Positions 38,597 through 50,220 of a stretch of DNA of 64,000 nt are shown here, one piece after another. The stretch is taken from NCBI RefSeq assembly GCF_006345805.1, contig NC_042997.1:41540001-41604000 (forward strand), read 5' to 3'. The notes beneath the pieces were generated by a model. The model searched no databases and was not told the origin of the DNA. It saw only the letters and a program-made list of their open reading frames with translations. The DNA comes from Octopus sinensis. Its lineage: Eukaryota. Both the position numbers and the translations under genes were made by a program. Numbering within the stretch: position 1 is the stretch's first letter; each line of letters starts with the position of its first letter.

Positions 38597-41500
38597 ATGA
38601 TTAAGTTAGGTTGTATAAATGTGCGTGGAATGGGGTCGAAATGGAAACAGGCTTGTTTTCGTGACGACCTCATTTCACATAGAATCGATGTAGCTATTGT
38701 TACCGAGTCCAAGATGAAAGGACCCCAAGCGTTCTCACCACTTCTCAATGGTTATGAGAAATTTATTTCTCCTAGCCGAGGGGGAGGTGCAGGCGTGGCA
38801 GTCCTTATCAGGAAGAACTTGGACTTACAGGTAAGTACTGTCTTTCTGGACCCAGAAGGTAGGCTGGTTGTCCTAGATGTGACTCACGTGAGTAAGCAGT
38901 CCATCAGGCTGGTAGCTGTCTACGCTCCTAATGGGCGTGAGCATACCGGTTTTTATCGGGAACTGGAGCACTTTCTAGTGACGTCTAAAACTGTAGTCTT
39001 GGTAGGGGATTTCAACACTATTCTCGATGTGCGGGTGGATAGTGTGGGCTCGAACGATAGGAAAGGGAATCCTTGCTTCAAGGCTCTACTAGCGAGCTTT
39101 AATCTAGTAGACCGTTTTCGACTGGATGAGCCGAACGTTCCACAGTGGACGTGGAGTAACAACGACGGCTCACGCAGATCGTACATAGATAGAGTATTTG
39201 TTAAGGAACGAGATAGGAATAGTGTTAGCTGTCCACAATTTTCTGTTGTGCCTTACACGGATCACAAACTTGTGACGTGTGAGGTACAGGTAGATAAATG
39301 CCATAGACAGGGTCCCGGGTACTGGAAAATGAACAAGTCTACTTTGACTTGTGAAACTTTCCGTACCCGGATTAAGGAATTAGTACAGAGGGCATTATGT
39401 GGCACCATCATTAATAATAGATGGTGGCTCGCCCTCAAAAGAGCCATCCGTTTGGAGTCCATTAGATTTAGCAAGCAGCTAAGTTTACATAGGACTAGAA
39501 TAGAGGGCAAATTAGTTAAGAACTTAGACGAGGCAATGGAATCTGGCTGTACATCCGGAGTGTTGGCAGCGAGAGCGGTATAGTACCGTCACCTCAACGC
39601 CAAGCATGAGGGGTGTAGAGTCAGAGCTAAGTTACGTGCAGGAAAACGAGAAGGTATTAACGTTGCCGGATGGGCCCGTCGTGAGGAGAGTCAGAAGGGC
39701 AAAAGGTCCTGTATTAAGTCTTTAACTGACGAGCAAGGCCGCAAGATCTATGGACAGGAGATGCAGAAGGTCCTTCACCAGCATTTCGCCCGGCTGTTTG
39801 GGGACGGTGGTCCGCTCGAGCGAGGGGAAGCCTTAAAGGACTTCCTAGCTGGGGGGCCTCGGCTCTCGGCACGTGAGGCGGAATGCTGTGAAGGATCGAT
39901 CTCTCCCGCGGAGGTAAGAGAGGTTATGGCCGAGTGCGCCGGGGAAAAGTCGCCGGGGAAAAGTCGCCGGGGAAAAGTCGCCGGGGAAAAGTCGCCGGGG
40001 AAAAGTCGCCGGGGTTGGATGGTCTGCCCTATGAATTCTATTGTTGTATGCCAGACTTGTTCGGAGACATACTGGCAAGCGTCTATGCAAACTGGCAACA
40101 GAATGGGAGGATTCCCAGCTCTGTGAGTCGGGGAGTTGTGACGCTGGTCCAGAAAGACCCGAGCAAGGGGGATAGTATTAGTAATTATAGGCCCATAACT
40201 CTACTTAATGTAGAGTTTAAGATTTTGGCCAAGGTGTTAGCAAAAAGGTTGACGGCTGTCGTGGAGAAACTTGTCGGGAAGGCACAGACATGTGCAATCC
40301 CTGACAGGTCGATCCAGGATAATCTTCACCTTCTCCGCTACACTATAGATAGGGTCGGGAAATTAGCCGGCAAAGGAGGGGCATTGGTCCATTTAGACCA
40401 AAGAAAAGCGTTCGATAGGGTAGACCATCGGTACTTGGCGGCGGTCCTCGGGGCGGCTGGGCTGGGCCCTGGCTTCTGCGGGTGGATCTCAGCTATGTAC
40501 AGCGGCATCAAGTCCACAGTCCAGATAAACGGTTACCTAACGGAGCCGTTTTCGATCAAGCGTTCAGTTCGTCAAGGGTGTCCCTTGTCCCCGCTCCTGT
40601 ATGTTTTGGCTCTTGAGCCATTGCTGCAGAAGCTGGAGAAGTTGGGAGGCAACCCTAATGAAATCGGATGCGGTAAGTCTGTTTCTGCCTATGCAGATGA
40701 CGTCACCCTCATCGTGTCCAACGAAGCATAGCTACCTCGGGTAGAAGGTGCTCTCCGAAGATACGAAGCGGTGGCAGGGGCAAAAGTTAACAAGGATAAG
40801 TCCATCGGTTTGCGCCTCGGCACCTGGGGGAACAAGCCGATATTATCCAGTGTTGTTGGACACTGGACAGATGGTCCTGTTAAATTGCTCGGAGTTTGGT
40901 TTGGTCCAGACTCCCAGACGGAGAAGAATTGGAGCGAGGTAGCGAGCAAGGTAGAAGCTTTAGTACGGAAGTGGTCCGGAAGGCATCTTTCCTTGAAAGG
41001 GAGGGCGGAGGTGGCACAGATGTTTATAGCCTCTGTCGTCACCTACCGCCTAACCGTCGTGCCTTGCCCCGATTCGTGGTTAAACAAGTTGGAACGACTC
41101 CTTTTCCGCTTTTTGTGGAAAGGAGGAAAGCCACTTGTGAGACGTTCCGTATGTTGCCAGGAACCGCTAAAGAGTGGGCTGGGGATGCCTTGGCTAATGA
41201 TGCGCAAGCACGCGTTGAGGCTGAGACACCTCTGGTGTTACCTGGAGGATGACAAGGTGTGGAGTCCGCTGGCAGAGGAATTCTTCCCGCGACCGGCCTC
41301 TATAGAAAGATTTACACCCGGTCTCATTAAAAGACGTAACCTGACTTCATGGCAGAAGGAGTGCCGACAGGCACTCTGGCTGATCCACAAGGTGGGCAAG
41401 GCCGGCAGCGGGAATACCACCTCGGTGTTCTATAGAGGGCTGGTAGAGGCAAAAAATGACGATGTCCTAGGAGGGGCTCTGGAGTTCGATGAGAATCAAC

Positions 41501-41963
41501 TCTCCAACCTGTTTAAGAAGACTTTCAGGTCGGAGTATTTGGATAATTACCAAAAATCCCTGACCTGGCAGTGCTATAGGAATGCACTACCTGTTCCAGG
41601 AACGGAATGTCAGTGCCACCGACGTGTCCAAGATGTGGGTTGGACGATGAAACCGTTCAACACGCTTTTGTACAATGTCGGGAGCTGTCAGGCTTGATAA
41701 GTTACGTTGAACACGTGTTGTCGCATCTGGGACGAGTACAGCTGTCGGCTGGATCCATGATAAAGATGATACCGCCAACTGGACTCTCAAAGGAAGGTAA
41801 AGCTTGTTTTTACTGTACGGTGGCAGTACTGAAAGAGTGTGTATGGAGAACCAGAATGGAAGGTCTAGTGAAAGGGTCCTTTGTCTCTGGCCCCGGTTTA
41901 ATAAAATACTTCGGATATCATCTGAAGAGCAAGACGGGGTTGGAGAAGAGGAGCCTGCCATAG
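38597..41963 (+). pseudogene. Tx1 #1 ORF2 (APE endonuclease + reverse transcriptase + C-terminal zinc finger)
   Basis: GCINVRG..VTESK..GDFN..SYIDR..TDH (APE); NYRPITLLN, DQRKAFDRVDH, QGCPLSP, YADD (RT); CPRCG..ETVQHAFVQC. Lesions: TAG at 39581, repeat-expansion frameshift at 39937-40014, TAG at 40729, frameshift near 41590. Confidence 0.92.
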
Positions 41964-42384
41964 AAAGAGTATATGAAACGTTGGAAGGATGTGATGAGAA
42001 AGGTGGGTGATAGTAACCCAGCTTAATCATCGAGGAAAGGAAAAATCAGTTGCTGGGATTTATAGGCTGCCGGGTTCAAAATTCGAAACTGGTACTTCCT
42101 ATTCCCTTTCACTTTACATATGTCATAATGTCCAAAGATTTTCTGTTTTAAAAATAAAGAAATAATAAAAAAAAAACACGCACTTAAAGTTCTCGTGATA
42201 AAGGCAAAATTAAGCCAAGGTTTCGTTTCAAGGCAAAGTAAGACAAGTTTTCGTTCACGTTACATAAAATTTAATTTTTATAATTTTCAATATCATTCGA
42301 ACTCGCATAACATTTTTTGTAATTGTTTTGTCCTGTAATGTCCAATTCTATGTTAAATCACTTGATTATAATAAAGATTTTGTC

Positions 42385-43654
42385 AACGGCGGACTGTTTT
42401 TTTGTTTGTGTCGGAAATTTTGATTACGTTATTGTTGTATCGCGGTTGTGAGTTCGAATCGTTGGTGGAAGCGGTTGCGGCGTGGTGAATTGTTGGAGGT
42501 TTTTTTTTCGAAAATGCAAACCCAAACGTATGCGGGAGCAGCAGGCAAGGGCCTGGCTGCAAGCGAACTGCAGTTGGAAGAAGTGGTCGTCGAGAAGGAG
42601 ATTTTGAAGAAATATTTTGACAGCTTCAAGAAGGAAGGTGACTGTGTGAGGGTCACACCACCTGAAGACGAAGCGAACGAAGAAAAGAAGCGTATTATAA
42701 CATACAGAACGTGGAGCGTGGCTTCGAAGAAAATAGAAGTGGCAGAGGTGGAGGAAATCGAGAGATGTCTGCAGGGAATTGAAGGAGAAACTACCTTCTT
42801 CAATAGAGGTAGAAAATACGCAACAGTAGTCGTTCATTTTAAAAACGAAGACGAAGCGAAGAGGAATGCCACGAAAATATTGAAAACTGAAAAATGGGTG
42901 TTATTACCTAGCTATTGTGGAAAAGGGCTGTAAGAATACGAATCAGTAAAAATACACCGGAACTGAACATGGAAAGAATTTTAGCGGCAGTGGTATTCAA
43001 CTGCAAAGAAAGCGTTGATATATTGAAAGTAGAAAAGTCGAAAGAAGTAAAGTGGTGGGGTTATGCGGTGCAGGTGTTAGTTCACATAACCATGCCAGAC
43101 ATGTATAACATCCCAGAGGAGTTGGTGTTCCCCGACGAGACACGTCTCAGAGTCGTGGTGGAGGGGAGACCCCCAGTGTGTTACAAATGCAAAATTAGAG
43201 GCCACATGAAGGATATGTGTCCGCTAAGAGAAGTACAGGAGAAAACGATAACACTGGAGGCTTTAACGGAGGAGTTACAAAATGCGTATATGGAAGAAGA
43301 AATCGTGACTACAGATAATGAGGAAAGTTGTGACGAGCTGGAGAATGAAAAGGAAAGAACAGAAGGAAAAGAAGATAGAAAGAGAACGCGGGTGGAATCA
43401 CCACCTAAAGTACAACAAAAAAAAAGAAAAAAAACAAAAAGAAGACTACCGACGAAATAGAGGTTCGAACGTGCGAAGAGAAGGATGCAGAAGCGAAAGC
43501 GAGGGTAGTTTGAAGGCGGCAGGAGGAGGAGAGAAAATGGGAAAGTAAAGTGGATGATTGGCTGAGAGTATGTAGGGAAAGAAGTAGACGAAAAGGAAGA
43601 AATCTGAAAGCGGTAATGTTGTACAAGAAGGACAAGGAAATTGGGAAGAAGTTG
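42385..43654 (+). mobile_element. Second Tx1/L1-group element (#2): 5' UTR and ORF1 only, 3' truncated
   Basis: ORF1 (HFKNEDEAKR...VLLPSYCGK; VVVEGRPPVCYKCKIRGHMKDMCP) is a distant homolog of #1 ORF1; one frameshift near 42930; ends at a mariner fragment. Confidence 0.85.
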
Positions 43655-44262
43655 AAAAATTTTGACTCATCTTCTTGGCACATCTCCAAATTCATCCTCG
43701 AGCACTCGACGCGTTCTTGCTTCTGGAAAGGTGTGAGCAACATGGGAATCCATCTGGCAGACACCTTTTGCATATGCAAATGGTCATGAATGATAGTTTC
43801 CACAGACCCGGTACTAATCTTGACCTCATGGGCTATTTGGCGAATAGTTATGCGTCGATCTTCCAAAATGGCAGCCTCAACTTGACGGACAGATGCCTCA
43901 TCAATGGCAGAAGGGGGGCGACCAGATCTGGGAGCTGTTTCCACAGAGTTCCGACCATGTTTGAATTCACGATGCCAGCGTTTTACAAGGTCATATGATG
44001 GGGCATCATTATCATAAGTTACTTTCATTTCATCAAAAGTCTCCCGTGGTGTGCGTCCTTTCAAATACAAAAATCAGATCACTGCTCGACACTCAACAGG
44101 CTCCATTTCACACTTGACTCAGTTCAAACACCTGTAAATCAGAAACCACAATTAGTTCAGAGCTGTAATTTGCCACGTAATCTATAGAGATATGAATAAC
44201 TGCACATGCAAGATCAAACACCTGGAAGTGGGTCAGGGGCATTACTTACTGAACGTCCCTCG
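43655..44262 (-). mobile_element. Mariner transposon 5' half (TIR + transposase DNA-binding region)
   Basis: The minus strand reads TA|CGAGGGACGTTCAGTAAGTAATGC (TIR, TA at 44263-44264); ATG at 44106, MEPVECRAVI*FLYLKG...VKRWHREFKHG...RSGRP...KVSARWIPMLL...ESKFF; truncated before the DDD catalytic domain. Confidence 0.9.
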
Positions 44263-44476
44263 TATATATAAATGCACACATAACGATGTATATATATATC
44301 TGTATTTATATATATATATACACTTATATAGGTGTGTGCAGTAGTAGGTGTAGTAGAAATAGTGGTGGTGGTGAAGGAGGTGACAATACATAGATTTTGC
44401 TGTTGTTTCTAGCTCATCGTATAACCATCTTCTGCCTTCCACGTCTTTCTCTACATGTAATTAAAGAAGACACAAC

Positions 44477-44507
<31 letters not shown>

Positions 44508-44555
44508 CACACACACACATATATATATATATATATAATATATATATATATATAT

Positions 44556-44617
<62 letters not shown>

Positions 44618-44909
44618 TATATATACATATATATACACACAAAACACATTGAGTGAGTGAGAGATAGAGCATAATCAAAATAACCAGATAAAACTTTGTT
44701 TTTTACGTAGATCTGTATATATGTCTGTGATTGTGTCTGTGTGTGTTTGTGTCATTCTATACACATGTCTCTTTTTATATGTATATGTGTGTATATTTAT
44801 ACACACAAATATACATACATATACATAGGGTTAGTGTTAGGGTATATAAGAAGAGAAGGAAAGGTCATGTGTATGCACACACAATAACACACACAAATAT
44901 ATATATATA

Positions 44910-45000
<91 letters not shown>

Positions 45001-45039
45001 ATATCTTTTTATGTATATATGTAAACAAATATATGTAAT

Positions 45040-46140
45040 CAGCAGCTGAACAGCAATCTTTTTTGTGCATGGCACAAAAAATTGTTCAGCAGCTGACCTG
45101 GCTACAAGCACAAAGCTGGAACTACCACCACATAAGGCCACCACCAACAGATGCAGGATGGCCACCACAGACACCAACACCAACACACACACCACAAAAA
45201 TATTTCTACTGAACGTAGGAGGGCTGCTGCGCGGAAACTGTAAAAGGAAAATCTCATTCCCGAGAGACCTTGTGACATACAATCAAGCTATATGCATGGC
45301 ACTCACAGAAACGCATCTTGAACCCGATATAGGTGATGCAGAAATACACATGCCACAATATGCAGTCATACGCACAGATAGAAAAAGGAGGAGCCATGGT
45401 GGAATTGCAATGTACATCCGAGATGACCTCACGCCCCAGGTCCTGTTGTCATATTCAAACTCAGTGTGTGAAACTCAGATTGTACACATAAGACAACTGA
45501 ATATCGTCATATGCACTACATATCGCCCACCAGATGCCCCAAATCACTCAGGCATGTTTGAAGACTGCCTAACAAAAATAGAAGAAGTCCTCACCAACCT
45601 TGAACAACACAACAGTGTATTCTTCATGGGTGACTTTAACTTCCCCAATATGGAATGGCATGGGAGGCAGATGCTCTCAGGGATGACACACCATCAGCAG
45701 GCACAGGCAGAGTCCCTGCTCCATCTCACAAATGCCTCTTTCATGGAGCAAATAGTTTTGCAACCAACAAGGGCAGATAATATATTGGATCTCTGCTTCA
45801 CAAACAATATGAATATTATCCATAATGTTAATGTAATGCCGACAATGATCTCGGATCACAACATAATAGAGCTGTCTATGTATGGAACATAAGCCCCCGT
45901 AGACACACAGCCTATATGAAGCATCCACCATCTCTCTAACTTAAACTTTCATAAAGCAAACTGGAAGTTGATTGAGAAAGAGATCCTCAAACAGGATTGG
46001 CCTAAATGTCTCTCCACACCGGACATTAACACGAAACACAAACACTTCATGTCCATAATACAAGCCATATGTGACAAATATGTCCCAGTGTGCAGGGCCA
46101 GCACACACAAAAACCAAAATAGGATCCCTAGAGAAAGGAA
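45040..46140 (+). mobile_element. CR1/L2-group LINE internal fragment (APE endonuclease)
   Basis: LLNVGGL..ALTETHL..GGIAMY..TYRPP..MGDFNFP..DNILDL..SDHN; stops and frameshifts after 45892; same broad group as 20771-21798. Confidence 0.85.
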
Positions 46141-46144
46141 GATT

Positions 46145-46282
46145 AATTAAAAATTAACTAAAAAGAAAACAAAATAGAATCCAAAATGATTCAAAATAGA
46201 ATTCTCAAAAGCAAAAATAGATTTAAAAATGCAATAAATTCCAAAATTTATAAAAACCGCGGGAACTTAGTTGCCAACCCAA
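46145..46282 (+). mobile_element. Mariner-like 3' end fragment
   Basis: aaaaaccgcgggaacttagttgccaacccaa followed by TA; the reverse complement TTGGGTTGGCAACTAAGT is a mellifera-subfamily-type TIR as I recall it; no partner TIR seen. Confidence 0.6.
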
Positions 46283-47908
46283 TACTATCTCTGATTCTTT
46301 CAAGACAAAGTTTTTCTTCCTGCTCATCTTTTGTCCAGCATCTCTACACATGAATACTTTACTCCTAGTGAAGTATGTCCACCTCATTTCATGCCAGTTT
46401 TTAATACATTTTCCACATTCAATGCCATATTGCACTTTACAACTACACATCACTCTGCGCTTCATCTGGAAACAGAATCGCTTAAATGGAAATAGACAAA
46501 CAGCTCTCTGTACAATTTTGCAGTTCAGTTACTATGCTTTCCGCATAGTCTCCTCCACGTCTAATCATATCTGTTAGGTAACAGAAACCAGCAACTACGT
46601 CTTTCTGAGTCGATATTACTACAGATTCTTTTTGTATATTTCATACTTACAAACCCCTTGCCCTCTTTCAACTTCTCTCTGATCCCACTGTACACTTTGT
46701 GTACATTGAATACACCATATAGAATTCCTATTACCACCACCTTTCTTTTCCTGCGTATCGAATATGATAACTTCCCAGTTCAGGTAGATATTTATGGATA
46801 CAGTAGTTCCTTCAGGATCTAACTATTGTTGGCATGTAGATGGCGAGTCCTGCCTTCGTTTTTGCTAAAACACTTCTCATTGAAAGGGTTACCTTGAAAC
46901 CTCTCCATTATAAGAATTTCTCTAAAGAGTGGAAGAAATCATTATTATGAGTCATGAATACAGAAAGACTAAGTTGTTGCCTTTTATAATATGTGATGTG
47001 TAGCAAGCACTGTGTAATTGTTTGTGTGGTTGAGATCATTCTACCATGCATTGTATGTATTTCTATTTTAATTGGTCCAGGTGTACCAAATATTATTGTT
47101 ATTATTTGACATTTCAATCTCCGCTTTCTAGATATATGTAAATATGACAATTTGAGCCATAGACCATGGAATGTTATCAAACGTCGAAAATAGACTCCTT
47201 TTGAAGGGTCTCTGGAGTAACGTTACTCGACAGGGTGTGTAGGTTGGATATTTGGGCGTCTCTCCAGGTCAAACGGCTACTTCTCTGCATTGAGAAGTCA
47301 GAACTCCAGTAATACAGAAATGTGATTAGAATGTCACAAAAATGAATCGCAAAACGGGTTCTTGAAGCTGAGCCAACTGAGCTACCTAGGGGTAGATCGA
47401 GACTAGATTGTTGGATAAAATCCATAGTTTCAATTGGTCATGTTTAAGAATGGATTCAGAAAAGCTTCTGATAGGACCCGACGAAGAAGATTCCTAAAGA
47501 CTCTACCCCAGCAACCTTTCTATGAATAAAGGACAGAGAAAATGGATGGATGGATCAAATCGTGTAACTGTTGGTCTCTATTGATTCTTTAGGCTCTCAT
47601 ACACTCTTACCTACAGAAAAACACTTCTCTTTCCTGCTGTTTACCAAACATTTTCTCGTGTAACTTTCAGTTAATTCTTTTTCAAAATGTTTTCTCCATT
47701 TCCAGCCTTTATTTCAAAATGTTTGTTATTTTTGTCAACATCTTTAGAAATAGAGACCAATGTCTTCTATTTTCCCTGTTTCTTAAGTATTTATCATTCC
47801 TCTAATCACATAAATCCTTTGCTATATTATAACAACCCACCACACACGCGTGTTATATTATCTGTAATGTTGTTTTAATTATATTTTGTAATGTTGTATC
47901 TTTTGCAG

Positions 47909-48114
47909 GGAGAGAATTAGGAATTAAACAAGTTGGCCTGAATATTATCAAGAGTGACTTCCCTAATGATACAGCAGAGCAAAGTTTCCAGATGCTCTAT
48001 AAATGGTTCCAGTGTTGTGATACAGCGAATCGTACACTTAAAACATTAACGGAAGCTTTTAATGAAATCGAGTGTTTCGATGCACTTGAACGTCTATCAT
48101 TAGACACAACTTGA
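47909..48114 (+). CDS. Terminal exon C: paralogous death domain helices 2-6 and stop (candidate alternative last exon)
   Basis: atcttttgcag|GG; same phase 1; (G)RELGIKQVGLNIIKSDFPNDTAEQSFQMLYKWFQCCDTANRTLKTLTEAFNEIECFDALERLSLDTT*; 39/67 aa identical to exon A by hand count, no indels; missing from the ORF track. Confidence 0.8.
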
Positions 48115-48351
48115 ATTTTTGAGTAAACTGTCGCTGCTGTTGTGTCCCAAGTCTACATTCGACAAATGCCTTCCATCCAGGACTATCCTGACTTTCACCT
48201 AAGTATAGAGAACTCAATACCACATTGTCTACTGTGTCCTTCTTTCAGATAACATATTGTGAATTGAGTAGGATTTGGCTACTAATTCTAGCAGATCTGT
48301 CTACTACATTGAGGGCAATTCTTTCCCTTGTTGTTAGAGATTAACTGTGGA

Positions 48352-48357
48352 AATAAA
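48352..48357 (+). terminator. Candidate poly(A) signal for exon C
   Basis: AATAAA at the position homologous to 27959, followed by a (gtt)-rich run. Confidence 0.55.
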
Positions 48358-48612
48358 GATAAACTTTGAAATTTCATTTATTGTTGATGTTGTTGTTGTA
48401 AGTCCCTGTATCTCCCTAAACACCGCCATTGTTATGTAGGCAGTTTTAATATCTTGTGGATTTCTTCCTAAAAATGGAATGTGTAATTCCATTTTGTAAA
48501 TCTTGCTTAAAATCACATTTTGCTTTCGAGTAGAACCTTCCTTCTTGTAAACACAATTGTCAGTAAATATATGATTTCCATTTCTTGCAGTCAATAATTT
48601 TACATTAGGAGC

Positions 48613-48935
48613 TCAGTGAAGGTGCGTGGCTTAGTGATTAGGGCATTCGGTTCACGATCGTAATGTTGTGAGTTCAATTCCCCGCGACGCGTTGTGTCCT
48701 TGAGGAAGACACTATATTTCATGTTAATCCAGTCCACTCAGCTGGCAAAAATGTGTAGTACATGTATTTCAAATGGCCGGCCTTGTCACACATTGTGTCA
48801 CGCTGAATCTCCCTGAGAAGTGCGTTAAGGATACACGTGTCTGTGGAGTACTCAGCCACTTGTACGTTAAGTTCACGAACAAGCTTTTCCGTTGATCGTA
48901 TCAGCTGGGATCCGTGTCGTCCTAACCGACAGAAA
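48613..48935 (+). mobile_element. tRNA-derived SINE (second family)
   Basis: gcgtggcttagtgattagg (A box) and gtgagttcaattcc (B box), followed by a ~250-nt body. Confidence 0.7.
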
Positions 48936-48959
48936 GTTCTTTCACGAACTCACCCAATG

Positions 48960-49825
48960 TTAAAACAACATTTGGCTCAAATTGTTTTTGGTAATACCTC
49001 TACATGGACAAGGAACATAACACGTATAATTATAGGGCCAAACTCCTAAAGGTTTCAAAGATATGCCCCGCCAAAATTTGAGAGCCAAGTCCCTCGTTGA
49101 GAGTGGTTGTCAATTTATACATAATTTGCTGCTGAACATATTTAAAACTAATCGTAGGCCAATAACATGAGTTAACTATGAAGGAGATGAGAAAACCAGT
49201 TGAAATTTTGAACGGATAAAGTATGGATACATACATTCCTGCATCACAAGTTTCATTCCCTTGTCTAATTGTTCACATGGTGAACTTACGAGGCAAAACT
49301 TGTCAATAGAATGAGTTGTGTTCACCCCGAACCATTTTCAGAGGCCTCCTCTAAATATTGTTTATGCCTGGTACATTGTCAGTCTTCCTATCATGGACAG
49401 ATTAGTCCTGAAATTGAAGAAACTCAGCAGAAGTTTGCTTGTATTATGCTTCTTGGTCCCATGAGGGGCCCTTGAATATTGATATTTTAAAAATGTCCGC
49501 TTATGAAAGGATTCATATTTGAAAGACCAATAACATGAATATGGAAGAAGACAGAGCAATTCTGAAAGCAGATACTGACAGGGTGCGTTCAGAGTACCCG
49601 GAGTAGCTAATCTTAGACAAATAGTATCATTAGTATTAAATGTGTTCAACACAATCTGTATAAACTGACATTAGAGCACCCTGAGGGGTGTAGCTCTCAA
49701 ATTTTGGTGGGGCGTATCATTAAAACCTTTCGGAGTTGGACCCTAAAATCATAAGTATGTCCCTTGTGCACATAGCGGTATTACCAAAAGAATTTTGTGC
49801 CAAATCTGTGTTGGGCACTTCCACA
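48960..49825. mobile_element. Element with ~135-bp terminal inverted repeats
   Basis: 48962-49096 (tttttggtaatacc...gccccgccaaaatttgagagcc) is the imperfect reverse complement of 49683-49820. Confidence 0.75.
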
Positions 49826-49849
49826 GCTTTGACTGAGTTCTTTTGGAAT

Positions 49850-50220
49850 GACCCATTAGTTTTCATCGAAATGCTCGATAATGCAAAATACAGCTGAACA
49901 TGGGAGACAAATTGTGTGCGAAGATATATTCCAATTTGTTTAAATGTCTGTCACCGTGCTTTGTTGCATGTGGAGGGCAAAGCCTGCTTTACATGAAATT
50001 GATTCTGTGGTAAATGTGAATGGGAACTCCATTCATTGAAACCCATGTTTCAATGAACGATCGTATAAGCAGACAATGATGTAGCCTATGCCATTGTAAT
50101 GGCCATGTGTAGCATCCACATTTCTGTAAAACCTAATGCAGCTTCTTTTCTTTCGCTTGAGAATATATAATGGAAACCCTGGCACGAGTTTATTGAGGAA
50201 CTTGAAAAGGTACAGAGAAG
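49850..50220 (-). mobile_element. Second Helitron helicase C-terminal remnant
   Basis: Near-colinear with 33400-33790 (gaagatatattccaatttgtttaaatgtctgtc; SHVQLYFALS). Confidence 0.8.

Larger units (their letters stand above)
36785..42177 (+). mobile_element. Near full-length Tx1/L1-group non-LTR retrotransposon (#1), inactivated
   Basis: 5' UTR, ORF1 with a CCHC knuckle, ORF2 with APE-RT-zinc finger, 3' UTR and an A-rich tail at ~42150-42177. Confidence 0.9.
46830..48605 (+). repeat. Segmental duplicate (C) of the last intron, terminal exon and 3' flank of the gene
   Basis: Colinear matches: 46830-46880 with 24990-25045; 47030-47085 with 26650-26705; RTE remnant 47300-47470 with 26880-27070; 47500-47640 with 27090-27240; 48190-48460 with 27790-28070. 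Confidence 0.85.

Noticed and set aside
49400-49650. Possible Polinton/packaging ATPase (CIMLLGPMRGP)
   Set aside because: No GKT/S Walker A and no Walker B; a chance resemblance.
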